From NCBI GenBank assembly GCA_009602735.1, contig WELA01000963.1, forward strand, positions 278,192 to 342,191: a stretch of DNA of 64,000 bases. Reading direction: 5' to 3'. Numbering within the stretch: position 1 is the stretch's first letter; every line of letters starts with the position of its first letter. This stretch comes from Mesotaenium endlicherianum (taxonomy: Eukaryota). Positions 17,985 through 30,288 of this stretch are shown one piece after another. The notes under the pieces are model-generated. The model searched no databases, was not told where the DNA came from, and saw nothing but the letters and a program-made list of their open reading frames with translations. The translations under genes and the position numbers were made by a program.

Positions 17985-19347
17985 AGTGTTGCCTGCTCCT
18001 GCTGCTGTCACTGATGCCGTCCCTGGTGATACCACTGTTGCCAATGCTGAGGCTGCTGTTGGTCCCACTCCTACTGCTACTGCTGACTATGTTTCCGACA
18101 ATGGGGCAACAGAACAAGCAGCTTCCAGCGAGAAGCTCATCATCTGCTGGTGTACGCGGGCGTGGTCAGTGAGACTTCAATGACAACAAGACCAGAGGTA
18201 GGCTAGTGTGCTCTTGCTTGCACTGAAAACGTGTAATTTGTCTCCACCTGACGGGCCTTTACTTAGATATCCAGGATGCTTGTGAACATACTGAGGACCG
18301 AATGAAGAAATATGATAGGTCTTCCTCCTCCATGATGTTTTTGCCTCCAATGCCTAGAGTTAGCATATACATCGCTATTTTAATCAAAACTTAAGTTTAT
18401 AGAGTTTTGTTGCAGTGTTGGACAGGGCAATTTCAGCCTCAGGCACCGAGAACGCCGGAATGTCAGTAGGCGATCTGACCGAGCCCTCCAAAGGTGAAGA
18501 TTGGGATGACAGGGACTGGCCGGACCTCCTTGACTGGAGTGAGGAGCAGTGCACGTGCTAGGATGGAAACTATTGGGGGGAATGTGCACCTTGAACCTCA
18601 AGTTTGGCAGGACCGTGGAGGAGAGGTCTCTGTTGTAAATAATAGCTGTGTGATGCAAATGCATGTCAATAGCACGTGGACTTAGAGGGCCTAATAGTTG
18701 TACACATAGGCACCTTAGAGTTCCATGGTCCCTTTGCGAGCTCCTTGTATAATACTTGATGTTGATTTTGAGGCAGGTTGCGTTAGTAGCACTACTACTG
18801 TGTGAATTGAAGATTTGTACATATGCTTTTGAAATGCTTGGGTTAGTGGTGTTGGCGCCTTGTTGCTACAGAGTACCAACTTTTTTTCCTCCATTGTGTA
18901 GGGAATTTTCAGGCTCTTGAGGGTCTTATGCAGTCAACAAGTAACAAATGTACTTCCATGTGTGCACATGTGTGGTTGTGTGATGTTGAGTCACCAATAA
19001 CAACAAGCAATATAATCTTAGAAATTATGCGGATGTACTTGTGATATTGTGCTGCACTGAATGAAGCATTTACAATCACTATGTCACTACTTAATAATTG
19101 AATATTACACCTGAAGCTGTCGACAAGAGAATTCATTAATTGATTAAAATGTATATACAAGTTGAGGTCCTGTACCCTATGCTCCAGTACCACACCTCTT
19201 CTAACGTCAAGTGAATGTCAACAAACTGCCTTTCTTGTAGCTCTGTAGGGGATTTCAAGTCTTATTTGGATGTATACGTACATCTCGCAACAGCGCCAAA
19301 CACTACTCGTATGCTATGCTTCCTTTGAGAGTAATCTACTTGCTTAA

Positions 19348-20640
19348 TCAACTACGTATATAGTCCTCGATCTGAAGCAGCTTTGGTGCGCGGCTGTGGA
19401 ACTGGTTGAGAATAAATTTGTTGCACAAGTCGCCATTGTGTATCATTTTCAACATACACCCGCCCGTTTTAACACAGGGGGGTTCTCCGCACTCGCCTTT
19501 AGCCACCAACTTCCCGTGCAACTTGCACTCTCTCCACACGGCACAGCTTGTCCTGGCAAGGGCCCACTCTTCGTCGACATCTCGACCGATGTCCTTCTTA
19601 TCATTTCTAATGACATACCCGGGTAGATCCTCCGTCTCCCAGCAGCACCGTTGCAATAATTTGGGACGCCGGTATGACGACTGTATCCGCCTCTAGCGTG
19701 AAGGCCGGATGCAAAGTGAACTTGTCGATCACCAAGCGTCTTCTCCGATCGCGAACAGGCTTGAGCGGCCTCACCAGAGCCCTTAAATACTCCGTGGTTC
19801 CCCCGTGGTTCTCCCGCTTGTCTATGGGATGAGGGATGAGGTGCATGACGTGCACGAAGAGTCTTTCCACTCTGGCAACCCACACCTGCCTGTTCTTTCT
19901 ATCGGCTCCTGTGGCTAAGCCGTTGGCGGCCACTGACACGTGATCCCCCACTCTGAAGGTCTCCTTGGGCCCTTCATTGGAAGCCTTGTGGCACATGTAT
20001 ATGCGCCCATCAATCCATTCTTCGGCAGATACAATCAGCTAAATCCAGAGTTCTATGCAGCAGCCACTTGGATCTGTCCTGGCAATTCCTATTATTGAGA
20101 GTCGGCATATTGTTCTTCATGTACTTGTGCTCGCTCTCAAAGGACTGGCCCCACAGGTGAACCATAGGGCCGTACTGCTTCAAGGCAGTGCTGTAATGTA
20201 GCAGAGAATGCATGTTGTGACTCGCGCCGTTGAGCTGAGCCGTGACCCCTGCCTCGGCATCGGCCTCTCGCGCAGTGAATGCCTCTACAAAGTCTCTGTG
20301 GAAGTCCTCTGCTAGCCTCTCTATCTCGTCGACGTCCCTCTGGCTAAGGGAGCTCGCTAAGCAAATCTGTATGAGCTTGCACAGCTTCACCCAAAGCTTC
20401 AGTGCCTTGAACTTGTGCTTGTACTTGTCCGTGTTGAAGTAGGTCTGTTCCGTGTAAATCGTCTGCACCCTCGGATGACAGAAAGGTCGCAGCAAGGCAG
20501 GCATGAGGGGTGCGAGGGCCATGAATGTCATCCCTGTGTAAGTGCCGTGATCGTACATGGGCTTCTTCACCTTGTCGTCGCCTCTGTTCACCCTCGCCGT
20601 GTCGGCCCTGTAGTTGAACGCCATTTTCTCGAAAGGCGTC
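19348..20640 (-). pseudogene. C-terminal part of the CMC/EnSpm-type transposase (DUF4218-like segment and beta-rich C-terminal domain), separated by the gypsy insertion
   Basis: HNMHSLLHYSTALKQYGPMVHLWGQSFESEHKYMK matches the H..H....YGP....W...FE motif carrying the catalytic E. Followed by FRVGDHV..VARVERLFVH and IHNG..NKFILNQF in shifted frames. Confidence 0.85.
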
Positions 20641-21143
20641 TGTAGTGATTTGAGTTATTATATATTAGTTTGCATATATTTTAATGTTTTCAAATATATT
20701 TGGAGTAGTATTGTGTGGAGTCAAGTGTGAATAGGTACTCTAGTAACTTGGTTCATGTCCTTTGAACCTTCCAAGGCATTTTCGAAGTTAGAGGAAAGAA
20801 CTAGAAGAACTCCATGTGGCAAAAGTCAAATGTGCCATTTTTAGGTCAAAAGGACATGTGTACATTATTCTAGAAAGAGGTGGCAAGTTTTGGGATGTGT
20901 TGGGTGCCAACACATCAACATACACCTTCCTAGAAATTACTTATGTAGCAAGTATATAAACAAGAGCTAGAACATAGAAAGACATTCCAGAATCACTCTT
21001 GTACTTGCCAAAATCCAGAAATATATTAACTTTCAAGAAGCCATCTCTCTTTCAAGAAGCTACCACTTGTGTTCAAAGATCCTTGTCTTGAATAGATAAA
21101 GTATTCTGTTTTACTAAGTACTTTATCTATCTGTTTCACTACA
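20641..21143 (+). repeat. 5' LTR
   Basis: TG...CA ends; about 11 substitutions versus the 3' LTR by manual comparison. Confidence 0.97.
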
Positions 21144-21144
21144 G

Positions 21145-21156
21145 TGGTATCGGAGC
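21145..21156 (+). promoter_or_regulatory. Primer-binding site, tRNA-iMet type
   Basis: TGGTATCGGAGC 1 nt after the 5' LTR (canonical TGGTATCAGAGC). Confidence 0.9.
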
Positions 21157-21180
21157 TAGGCACTTTGGTAGCACAAGAAG

Positions 21181-22461
21181 ATGGCCGATCCTCAAGACCA
21201 ACAGCAAGCTTTCGAAGGAAGCCCTTCCTCTCCAAGACACCCTCCTCCAGCGCCGATGGGAGAGCCCACTCAAGAAAATCTGCAACAACAAGAAGCACCA
21301 CAAGGAGGAGCACACCCTCCTCCAGCGTCGATGGGAGAGCCTACTCAAGGAAATCTCCAACAACAAGAAGCACCACAAGGAGGAGCACCGTCAAATCCCG
21401 TGGCAGCCGCTATAGCAAAGTTGACCCCACCACAAGGAGTTCCCGCAAATGAGTGGGCAGCCTTCCTAATGACCGTCCACAACCAAGTGGGCTTGGCCAC
21501 CTATGAAGCAACCGTGCAAGCGTCAAGAGAAGCTATGGCTGCCATGGTTGCCCCTATTGCGAGCAATGCTCAAAATCCAGCCCCGGCTCAAGCGCCTCCA
21601 CAAGAGCCAACGAGAGCAAGGAAACTCATCAAGCCCGGCAAACCCGACACTTTCAACCCCGGGAAAGGTGCCAACCTGAATTTATGGCTCTACCAAGTGG
21701 AGACGTACCTCGCATTCCTTGAAGTACCCGAGGAGGACTACGTTCCCTTTGCCGTTACCTTACTTAGAGGAGCAGCAACATCATGGTGGCGTAACTATCA
21801 AGCGGCTATATATCAAGCTATGGCGCACCCCATGCTCGGCCAAGAGCCCCCACCATCATATGCAAGATGGGCAGATTTTCGTGAGGCCCTCAAGAAGCAA
21901 TTCATGCCCATCAATGCGGAGAAGATTGCCCGAGGAAAGCTCCACCATCTCAAGCAAACGACGTCCGTTCAAGAGTATACATCCAGATTTCACGCCCTCA
22001 CTCTTGAGATCCCCAACATGTCTCTCGAGGAGAAGATTGACCGCTACATCTTTGGCCTCAAACCCAAGGTGGCAAAGGAAGTGGAGTTACGCGACTTGAC
22101 GGACTTCTCAAAGATCATTGAAGTGGCCCAAAAGGTGGATACCTTGGATTTCAAGCACTCCGTGCCTTCATCTTCACGGGTACCGACGACGCGGGTGTAC
22201 GCAGCCCCTTCCACATCCGAATCTGGACCCACACCCATGGAAATCGGAGTTATTAAAAGGGACCCCGCGGCTGCCCGGAAGAGTGGAAGACCCTCCAATG
22301 ACACTTATGATGCAAGAAACCAGCAAGGAGTGAAAGCAAGACTCTCCCCGGCTGAAAAAGAAGCTCTCATGACGGCTGGACTATGCTTTTATTGCAAGGA
22401 AAAGGGCCATCGTGCACTTTCATGCCCCAAAAAGTTGTCAAAAAACGGACAGCGCCGGTAG
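21181..22461 (+). CDS. gag: Gag polyprotein
   Basis: 426 aa. [38 protein letters not shown] and CCHC knuckle [14 protein letters not shown]. Confidence 0.95.
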   Translation: MADPQDQQQAFEGSPSSPRHPPPAPMGEPTQENLQQQEAPQGGAHPPPASMGEPTQGNLQQQEAPQGGAPSNPVAAAIAKLTPPQGVPANEWAAFLMTVHNQVGLATYEATVQASREAMAAMVAPIASNAQNPAPAQAPPQEPTRARKLIKPGKPDTFNPGKGANLNLWLYQVETYLAFLEVPEEDYVPFAVTLLRGAATSWWRNYQAAIYQAMAHPMLGQEPPPSYARWADFREALKKQFMPINAEKIARGKLHHLKQTTSVQEYTSRFHALTLEIPNMSLEEKIDRYIFGLKPKVAKEVELRDLTDFSKIIEVAQKVDTLDFKHSVPSSSRVPTTRVYAAPSTSESGPTPMEIGVIKRDPAAARKSGRPSNDTYDARNQQGVKARLSPAEKEALMTAGLCFYCKEKGHRALSCPKKLSKNGQRR

Positions 22462-25400
22462 GCCAGGAGCCTACCACCCCAAGACCCACTTCACGAGAAG
22501 GCAACACGCCAAGTGAGGTGGAGACCCCCGTTGAAGACGACGTTCCAGCCCCAATGAGTTTGAGAGGTTACCTTGGAGGAGAGAAGGTCCACATCTTGGT
22601 GGATAGCGGAGCTCAAGGCAACTTCATTGCTGCAGATTTTGCCACCAAGCACGGTATTACTATGCGAACTCTTGACCACGACGAGGAGATTATGATGCCC
22701 GATGGATTCTCCTATACTACCCCTTCCAAGAAGACGTACCCCTTGGCACTCTCTATCAAGTCCTTCAAGGATAGAGTAGTGTTCTCCCCCATGCAATTGG
22801 GCAAGTACGACGTCATCCTAGGGACGCCTTGGTTGACCAAGCACAACCCCCAAGTTGATTGGAGGACCGGTACTATCAAGATCAAGAATGACATCACTTC
22901 AAGAATCTGTATTTTGCGCGCAATCCAGAATATCCAGACCCAAGACATCCAGAAGCCGGCACACGAGATACTATTGTCCGCCCTCCAACTCAAGAGACTT
23001 GTGAGGAAGGGACACGAGCTTCTTTTGGCCTTGATCACGCCAAAAGACATCAAGAAAGACATCGAGAGTCAAGAAGGCAGCCCCGTTCCCAAGGAGATAC
23101 AAGAAGTCTTAGAGGACTACAAAGAAGTGTTCTCCCCGGAATTGCCCAAGGGCCTACCCCCCAAAAGATTCGTAGACCACAAGATAGAGTTGGAGCCCGG
23201 AAGCAAGCCCATCTCTCGGCCTACGTTCAAAATGTCATACACGGAGCTAGACGAAGTCAAGAAGCAAATCAAGGAGCTACTGGAGCATGGCTTCATTCGA
23301 CCTAGCAAGTCGCCATTTGGAGCCCCGGTGCTATTTGTCAAGAAGAAAGATGGTACCTTGAGGATGTGTGTGGACTATCGCGCCCTCAACAAGATCACCA
23401 TCAAGAATCGATACCCGCTGCCGCGCATGGATGAGCTCATGGACCGGCTGGTTGGAGCCAAGTACTTCACGAAGATTGACTTACGGAGCGGCTACCACCA
23501 GATTCGCATCGCAGAACCGGACATAGAGAAGACGGCATTCAGGACAAGATATGGACATTTTGAGTTCATGGTCCTGCCATTTGGACTCACCAACGCGCCA
23601 GCAACTTTCATGACTATGATGAACACCATATTTCAGCCCATGTTGGACAGATTTGTGGTGGTATTCATCGATGACATCCTTATCTACAGCAAGACCCTTG
23701 AAGAGCATGCGAGACACTTGAAAGAAGTCCTTGAAGTATTGAAGCAAAACAAGCTGTTTGCGAAGGAGTCAAAATGCGAGTTTGCCAAACAAGAAGTGGA
23801 GTTCCTAGGTCTCCACGTGACTGCTGATGGCATCAAGATAGACCCCAAGAAGACCACGGTGGTGGAGGAATGGCCAACCCCCACGACCAAGAAAGAACTC
23901 CAGTCATTCTTGGGATTTGCCAATTGGTACAGAAAATTCATCCAAGGCTTCTCGCACATAGCAGCCCCCCTGACAGATCTACTCAAGAAGGACAGGCTAT
24001 ATACATGGACCGAGAAAGAGGAAGAGGCATTTCAAGAGTTAAAGCGAAGATTGACCACATCCCCGGTGCTCACACTCCCAAGTCCAAACCCAGATTGGCC
24101 CTTCCACGTCATCACCGATGCATCTTCCTATGCAATAGGAGCAATCCTGCTTCAAGACCAAGGCAAGGGACTGCAGCCCATCGCCTACGAGTCAAGGAAG
24201 CTAAATCCAGCCGAGCAAAATTATACAACCACGGAGCGAGAGGCATTGGCGATTGTACATGCCTTGAAGGTTTGGCGCTGCTACGTTGAAGGACGCAAAG
24301 TACTGGTCACCACGGACCACGAGGCGTTAAAGCACCTCCAAACGCAGCCGTATCTCTCAAGGAGACAAGCAAGATGGAGCGGATACTTGCATCAATACAA
24401 CGTCACAATTCAGTACCAGCCCGGCAAGACAAACCCGGCTGACCCCCTCTCAAGACTGCAATTAAATGCAGTAATGGTATCCCTGAAGACAGATCTGGAA
24501 GCTCGATTTTCAGTCGCCTATGAAAGAGACCCTTACTACAAGAACGGAGAAGCAGCCTTGGACCCATGCAAGAAGCAAGAAGGCAATTATTGGGTGAGGC
24601 AAGATACGGGCCAGAGATGTGTTCCTAATGACTTAGACCTCCGGCTCTTGCTTCTACGAGAAGCACACGACAACCCTCTTGGAGGACACTTTGGAATCCT
24701 AAGGACCACGGGCGTTCTAGCTAGGACTTATTGTTGGCCAGGCATGTCTAAGCAAGTCAAGGAGTACTGCAGGAGCTGTGACACATGCCAAAGAATCAAG
24801 CCATCATCGCAAAAGGCGGGAGGACTCCTCCAACCACTACCAATCCCCGAAAGACAATGGACGGACATCTCAATGGACCTTATCGTGGACTTGCCCGTGA
24901 CACCTCGAGGCCATAATGCAATACTCACGGTGGTGGACAGACTTACCAAGATGGCTCATTTTATTCCCACGACAACTAAGGCTACAGCACCACAACTTGC
25001 AAGGCTCATCTTTGACAACATCTTCCGACTCCATGGACTACCATCAAGAATTGTGTCAGATAGAGATCCAAGATTCACAAGCCATTTCTGGAAAAATCTC
25101 TTCAAGAACTTGGGTACATCGCTGGATATGTCTACCGCTCACCACCCACAATCAGATGGGCAAACCGAGCGTATGAATCGTACTCTAAAGACCTCTCTAA
25201 AGGCCTACGTGTCTACCCTCGAGCAAGACTGGGACATGTACTTGACCCCCCTCGAGTTTGCCTACAACAACACTACGCAGGCCTCTACCCAAGAGTCCCC
25301 ATTCTTCCTCAACTATGGCTTCCATCCGACCACGCCACTGAGCTTCACGGCTGGCCATGATGAAGTACCTGCAGCCACAGATTTTATGGAGACATTAGAA

Positions 25401-26048
25401 GCAGCCCTTACAGCAGCGAAGAAAGCTCTACAACACGCGCAAGATGCTCAAGCAAGAGTGGCGAACAGATCCAGAAGAGAAATTACGTACAGAGTGGGTG
25501 ACAACGTGTTACTATCATCCAAGAACATTTCCCTGAACAACAGGCCTGCCGGCAGCAAGTTCTCTCCCAAGTATTTGGGACCCTTCAAGATTATCCAGCA
25601 AGTCAACCCCGTTGCTTTCAAGCTAGAACTTCCCCAGACTATGCACATCGACCCCGTATTCCACGCTTCCCTCTTCAAGCCATATGTGCAACCCGACAAC
25701 AAGTTCCCAGGACGTGTGACAACCCCACCAGCCCCAACAATAGTGGATGATCATTTGGAGTACGAAGTGGAAGACATAGTGGCTATGAGAAATTTCAGGA
25801 GACAGCAGCAATACTTGATCAAGTGGAAAGGATATCCAGATTCGGAGAATAGTTGGGTGGCGGCGCACTACCTTGACAAAGTTCAGAGAAAGTTGAAGCG
25901 CTTCCATGCCGCCAACCCCCATCTTGGACCAGCCCCAAGTCTCTCTACTAGAAGCCCGAAGACTTCAGGGAGGCAGCCTGCCACCATCAAGAAGCAGCAG
26001 AAGACCCCTTGGAGGCAGCCTGCAAGAACAAGAAAGAGGAAAAATTGA
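22440..26048 (+). CDS. pol: Pol polyprotein (protease, RT, RNase H, integrase, chromodomain), in the -1 frame relative to gag
   Basis: [62 protein letters not shown] and chromodomain [21 protein letters not shown]. Confidence 0.97.
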   Translation, partial: KKRTAPVGQEPTTPRPTSREGNTPSEVETPVEDDVPAPMSLRGYLGGEKVHILVDSGAQGNFIAADFATKHGITMRTLDHDEEIMMPDGFSYTTPSKKTYPLALSIKSFKDRVVFSPMQLGKYDVILGTPWLTKHNPQVDWRTGTIKIKNDITSRICILRAIQNIQTQDIQKPAHEILLSALQLKRLVRKGHELLLALITPKDIKKDIESQEGSPVPKEIQEVLEDYKEVFSPELPKGLPPKRFVDHKIELEPGSKPISRPTFKMSYTELDEVKKQIKELLEHGFIRPSKSPFGAPVLFVKKKDGTLRMCVDYRALNKITIKNRYPLPRMDELMDRLVGAKYFTKIDLRSGYHQIRIAEPDIEKTAFRTRYGHFEFMVLPFGLTNAPATFMTMMNTIFQPMLDRFVVVFIDDILIYSKTLEEHARHLKEVLEVLKQNKLFAKESKCEFAKQEVEFLGLHVTADGIKIDPKKTTVVEEWPTPTTKKELQSFLGFANWYRKFIQGFSHIAAPLTDLLKKDRLYTWTEKEEEAFQELKRRLTTSPVLTLPSPNPDWPFHVITDASSYAIGAILLQDQGKGLQPIAYESRKLNPAEQNYTTTEREALAIVHALKVWRCYVEGRKVLVTTDHEALKHLQTQPYLSRRQARWSGYLHQYNVTIQYQPGKTNPADPLSRLQLNAVMVSLKTDLEARFSVAYERDPYYKNGEAALDPCKKQEGNYWVRQDTGQRCVPNDLDLRLLLLREAHDNPLGGHFGILRTTGVLARTYCWPGMSKQVKEYCRSCDTCQRIKPSSQKAGGLLQPLPIPERQWTDISMDLIVDLPVTPRGHNAILTVVDRLTKMAHFIPTTTKATAPQLARLIFDNIFRLHGLPSRIVSDRDPRFTSHFWKNLFKNLGTSLDMSTAHHPQSDGQTERMNRTLKTSLKAYVSTLEQDWDMYLTPLEFAYNNTTQASTQESPFFLNYGFHPTTPLSFTAGHDEVPAATDFMETLEAALTAAKKALQHAQDAQARVANRSRREITYRVGDNVLLSSKNISLNNRPAGSKFSPKYLGPFKIIQQVNPVAFKLELPQTMHIDPVFHASLFKPYVQPDNKFPGRVTTPPAPTIVDDHLEYEVEDIVAMRNFRRQQQYLIKWKGYPDSENSWVAAHYLDKVQRKLKRFHAANPHLGPAPSLSTRSPKTSGRQPATIKKQQKTPWRQPARTRKRKN

Positions 26049-26820
26049 CATTAGACACTCTTCTCTTCTCGCAGTTTCTGGACAGAAAACTAAAACTGCT
26101 ACTGGTAATAGGTCTCTGCATAATAAATTCTGAAAATTTACCTGGCTGTAGTCCATGAGTAGCCGGTCATTTAGAGTCCAAGTTTGCTCAATTTGAAGCA
26201 CTGGTGAGAGAGATATNTGAGAGAGATATGATGCTCAAAGTAGAAGGGGGTCCGACTGCTGGCATTGTTAGGGCAGAATATGCCTTCTGACATTGTGCCC
26301 TCCCCTGAACTTGGAATGCTTTGAAACTCAAGACTCTGGTAGAACATCTTACAGCGCCCAGTTTGAGACTTAGTTTGGAACATTTGGAGAAGTATAGAAG
26401 GACTTGTGATTTTCAGAAGTTTCTGCACAGATTTGGAGGAGTGCCTACTCTCTCAGCTCTCAACGACACTCCAGAAATGAGAATGCTCTCAAATTTGGTG
26501 ACCCGGTAGAGTTCTCCGACGCGGTCCGTCTGGCACTCGAATTTTTAGATTTGAAGCAGTTCTGTGGCCGCTATGAATTTCTGAATTTGTGGCAGATTTT
26601 GGGCCAACTTGTACAATTTTCTTTATCATTAAGGAGTAGGCTAGCCAATAAGGTCACACCACCTACGACATTGCCTAGTCTACCTTACATGTGTAGCACC
26701 TGACTTGGCGCCTTTGACTAGTCCTCTTTACATGTGTGGCATCTGACTTGAAACTGTTGACTAGTTTGCTCCACATGTGTAAGACCTGACTTGACGCGCC
26801 GAGACGTCGCTTTTTCTATC

Positions 26821-26830
26821 GGGGGGGTGA
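26821..26830 (+). promoter_or_regulatory. Polypurine tract
   Basis: GGGGGGGTGA immediately before the 3' LTR. Confidence 0.85.
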
Positions 26831-27333
26831 TGTAGTGATTTGAGTTATTATATATTAGTTTGCATATATTTTAATGTTTTCAAATATATTTGGAGTAGTA
26901 TTGTGTGGAGTCAAGTGTGAATAGGTACTCTAGTAACTTGGTTCATGTCCTTTGAACCTTCCAAGGCATTTTCGAAGTTAGAGAAAAGACCTAGAAGAAC
27001 TCCATGTGGCAAAAGTCAAATGTGCCATTTTTTGGTCAAAAGGACATGTGTACATTATTTTAGAAAGAGGTGGCAAAATCTGGGATGTGTTGGGTGCCAA
27101 CACATTAACATACACTTTCCTAGAAATTACTTTTGTAACAAGTATATAAACAAGAGCTAGAACATAGAAAGACATTCCAGAATCACTCTTGTACTTGCCA
27201 AAATCCAGAAATATATTAACTTTCAAGAAGCCATCTCTCTTTCAAGAAGCTACCACTTGTGTTCAAAGATCCTTGTCTTGAATAGATAAAGTATTCTGTT
27301 TTACTAAGTACTTTATCTATCTGTTTCACTACA
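26831..27333 (+). repeat. 3' LTR
   Basis: Direct copy of 20641-21143 followed by the TSD GCGTC. Confidence 0.97.
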
Positions 27334-29100
27334 GCGTCCTAGCACAGTGTGCCGCACTCCCCAATGTGTTCTCTGCCGACGCCTTTGTGATACCTAGTGC
27401 GAACAGGTGAAAAGGCTCCAAAGGCATCTGGAGTGTGCGATTCCATCCGGGCAGTTCCTCCGTCTCTTCTCCCATCCATAGCCCTTGTGACCTTTTTCCA
27501 CTCCATCCAACCTCTTTGCAAATGCTGCGTGAACTGCCTTCAACCTCTTCACATCCGCCTCACACTCCCTCTTTGTTCTCTCCCCAAACTTTTCATGCAG
27601 CAACTCCTGTCTGGCCTCTTCCCACGATCTCTTCTTAGCTGCTGCTTCCTCACGCGCCTCCCCGACCTCCACCCTGTAACGCCTAGACTCTTCCTCAGTA
27701 CGCGGCACAACATCATTCAACATCAAGTTCTATTCTTGGAGCCCGTTCTTGTGTACGGTTCACACGGGGCACGAGAAGTCGAAAGACTGCCCCTTCATCA
27801 TCATACTCTTAGTCCTCTGTGGGAAATCTTGACAGAAGAGCGTCATCACCCTCACCAGACACGCTTGCTTGAGTGGAGCGAAATACATCTCCACGCCCTC
27901 CTGTAGTTGCTTTTGGTCTTCCCTCACGAGGTACTCAAGCACCTCACCATTTCCAGAGTTCTTGCTGCTGAATGCAATAACCCTAATGATGCTGGTATCC
28001 CCGATGACACTGCTATCCAGATTCTGCAAGCGATAGTAGTACCCCGTGACACTCTGACCCTTTTTTTTGAAGATCTTGAAAGCATCCATGAACAGCAATA
28101 TGGCCAGGTTCACTACGGGCAGGTTCTTGGGATTGTGTGCCTCCCTTGTGGCGTCTGGGGTGCGCAGCTGGAAGTTCACAGCTGGTGCCGTTACCCTCTT
28201 GAAAACTCCCTCGTCCTTTTGTTTGAGAGCATTTACACACCAAAAAGTCTCCTTGCCTTCCACTACCCAACCGTGTTCCGACCGCTCCCAGCCTAACTCC
28301 TCCCAGTTCCCCCCTGATGGTGGTGCACCATGAACGACTTTGCAGTTGCGGAGAACGAGGCTAGGGTCCACTTTCATAGGCTCCTCAGTGAGCAAGAGCT
28401 CCCCGTGCCCTTCACCCTTCTGCATCACGTGAGCACTTATGACGGGCTGTCTATTGGGTTGGCTGCTGTCAATCGATAGGATCTTGTGCACCAAGACCAT
28501 CACCTTCCGGCCCGCGGCACCTACGCATGCAGGAAGGCCCTTGTCATTAATGACAAGTGAAAGAATAATTGAGGAGAAGGAATTCCCAGGCACACAGCAA
28601 GCGGTACTCCTAGACTTCCATGGCTAATATGCAATGTGGCAAGCAAGGGTCGCAGTGATATATTGCTACTTGTGGGCTCATAACCAGGAAATCCCCCAGG
28701 GCCACCTTCATTTCCTTCCCTCCTGTGTGCACTCGAGAGCTGTACTCCCGAAAGAACGGATGGCCAATTATATATAGGGAATCTAGAGCCCCGTCATCTC
28801 TCCGTCCACTAACACCCCAGGCTTGAAGTGGATCTCCCTGCTCAATAAATCGTCCCTCACCATCTCCGCCAAACTTTCCTTGACAGGCTCGGACCACAGC
28901 TTCTCCCCGCTTGGCAACAGGACTTCTCGCACACCATGCTTGTGAAATTCGGCTTTCGTCTTGTGTATGTTGTCAATAAAGCACCTTTTTTCGTCCTCTG
29001 CTTTGAAGAACTGGCTATTCAACCTCCACGCCTATGTCAATCGCTTCGTTTTCTTAGTACCTACATTGTGCAGGATCTTGTAGCCACACTTGCACAAGCA
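27334..29100 (-). pseudogene. N-terminal and catalytic part of the CMC/EnSpm-type transposase, with stops and frameshifts
   Basis: LAILLFMDAF (first D), FCQDFPQR..KGQ..SCPV* (second D, then C..C broken by TGA) and LEPFHLFALGITK (cf. D.MH...LG..K). The last frame continues across the TSD into 20624. Confidence 0.85.
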
Positions 29101-29879
29101 TGCCGCGCTTTTGAACTTCCCCCACTCTTACTCTGTGGCCTCTAATAGGTGCCGTATTGTTTCATATTATTGATTGATTGCCTGGAAGTTCCTGGCCGAC
29201 CAATTTCTAGTACGCTGCAAGTTTTTGGCAATGACGGGACCGTTTTAATTTCGTGAAAAAAAGGACTGGAGACAAGGAATTCGTCACGGCACGTGACCAA
29301 CTTTCTGGTCCGTTCCTCTCCTGCGATTTCATTCGACGGTCACAACATTCGACCACGACGGCCGCAACGGTCACAACTCAACTGCACACACAACGCAGGT
29401 GCATTCATTGACACGTATCGTCGTGTTCTGGGAGGAGTGTAACAAATGTGAAGGGCACACAAATTATTGCGTTGTGACGTGTCGCAGACGTCATGACATT
29501 TATGCGAGCAAAATGTGAGTTATCGTACGTTGTCCTCCATGCGGGTGTCGCTCATGTTTGGGAGTCGGGAAATAGCGAGCTCATTTGGAGTAATTTCCAT
29601 TAGCGACTGCCACATTTGGACGATAAAGAAAGGTACTGGGAGGTAGCTCTCTGCATGCTGTACATGCTGCTTAATCCTGCTTCATGCAAGAAGGGTGGTC
29701 GACGAGGCAAAGAATGGCGTCTATTGCCATCTCAGCGGTGGACAACAAGAGCAACGACAACAAGTCCAACACTAATATCAGTAGTAAGAATGCAAAGATT
29801 ATTTCTCTCTCTGTTCTCTTCCAAAAAGTCTCAATTGCCTAGAAATATTGCTCATCATTCAGAGTTGTACCTCCTGCAG

Positions 29880-30249
29880 TCTCGTGATGAGAGTCTGAGC
29901 CTTCAGCAGAGACACGAAGCCTTGGATTGGCATGCCTTATACAAAGGGCTTGAGGAAACGGAGGAATGCTTCAGAAGACAGGCTCTTGAGGAGCAACGAG
30001 CCGAGTCGAGACTGAAACGGGGGAGGCAGGCAGAAGAGAACTTGAGGTCTTGGTTGGCGGAAGGTAACACTATGGTGGTAGAGTTTCAGAAGCACAAGGG
30101 CCCGAGTTTGAGGAAGTGGAGCGAGAAGGTGAAGGAGGGGGCCCGCTTGGCCATGCAAGGTACATGATCTGTGCAGCTTAAGTGCACGTGCGAAATGCCC
30201 TGTGTTGCTCAATTCCTTTGGTCCGCTTGTTAGCTTAACAGTGGCCCAA

Positions 30250-30288
<39 letters not shown>

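Larger units (their letters stand above)
20641..27333 (+). mobile_element. Full-length Ty3/gypsy chromovirus LTR retrotransposon with 5-bp TSD GCGTC
   Basis: 503-bp LTRs at 20641-21143 and 26831-27333 (TGTAGTGA..TCACTACA). GCGTC at 20636-20640 and 27334-27338. PBS, PPT and intact gag and pol. Confidence 0.98.

Noticed and set aside
26685..26795. CRISPR-like spaced repeats (also the 51991-52083 duplication)
   Set aside because: Only 2-3 degenerate units with related spacers, inside retroelements, with no cas genes.
27397..28333. Plus-strand ORFs of 129-169 aa
   Set aside because: Antisense shadows of the transposase.
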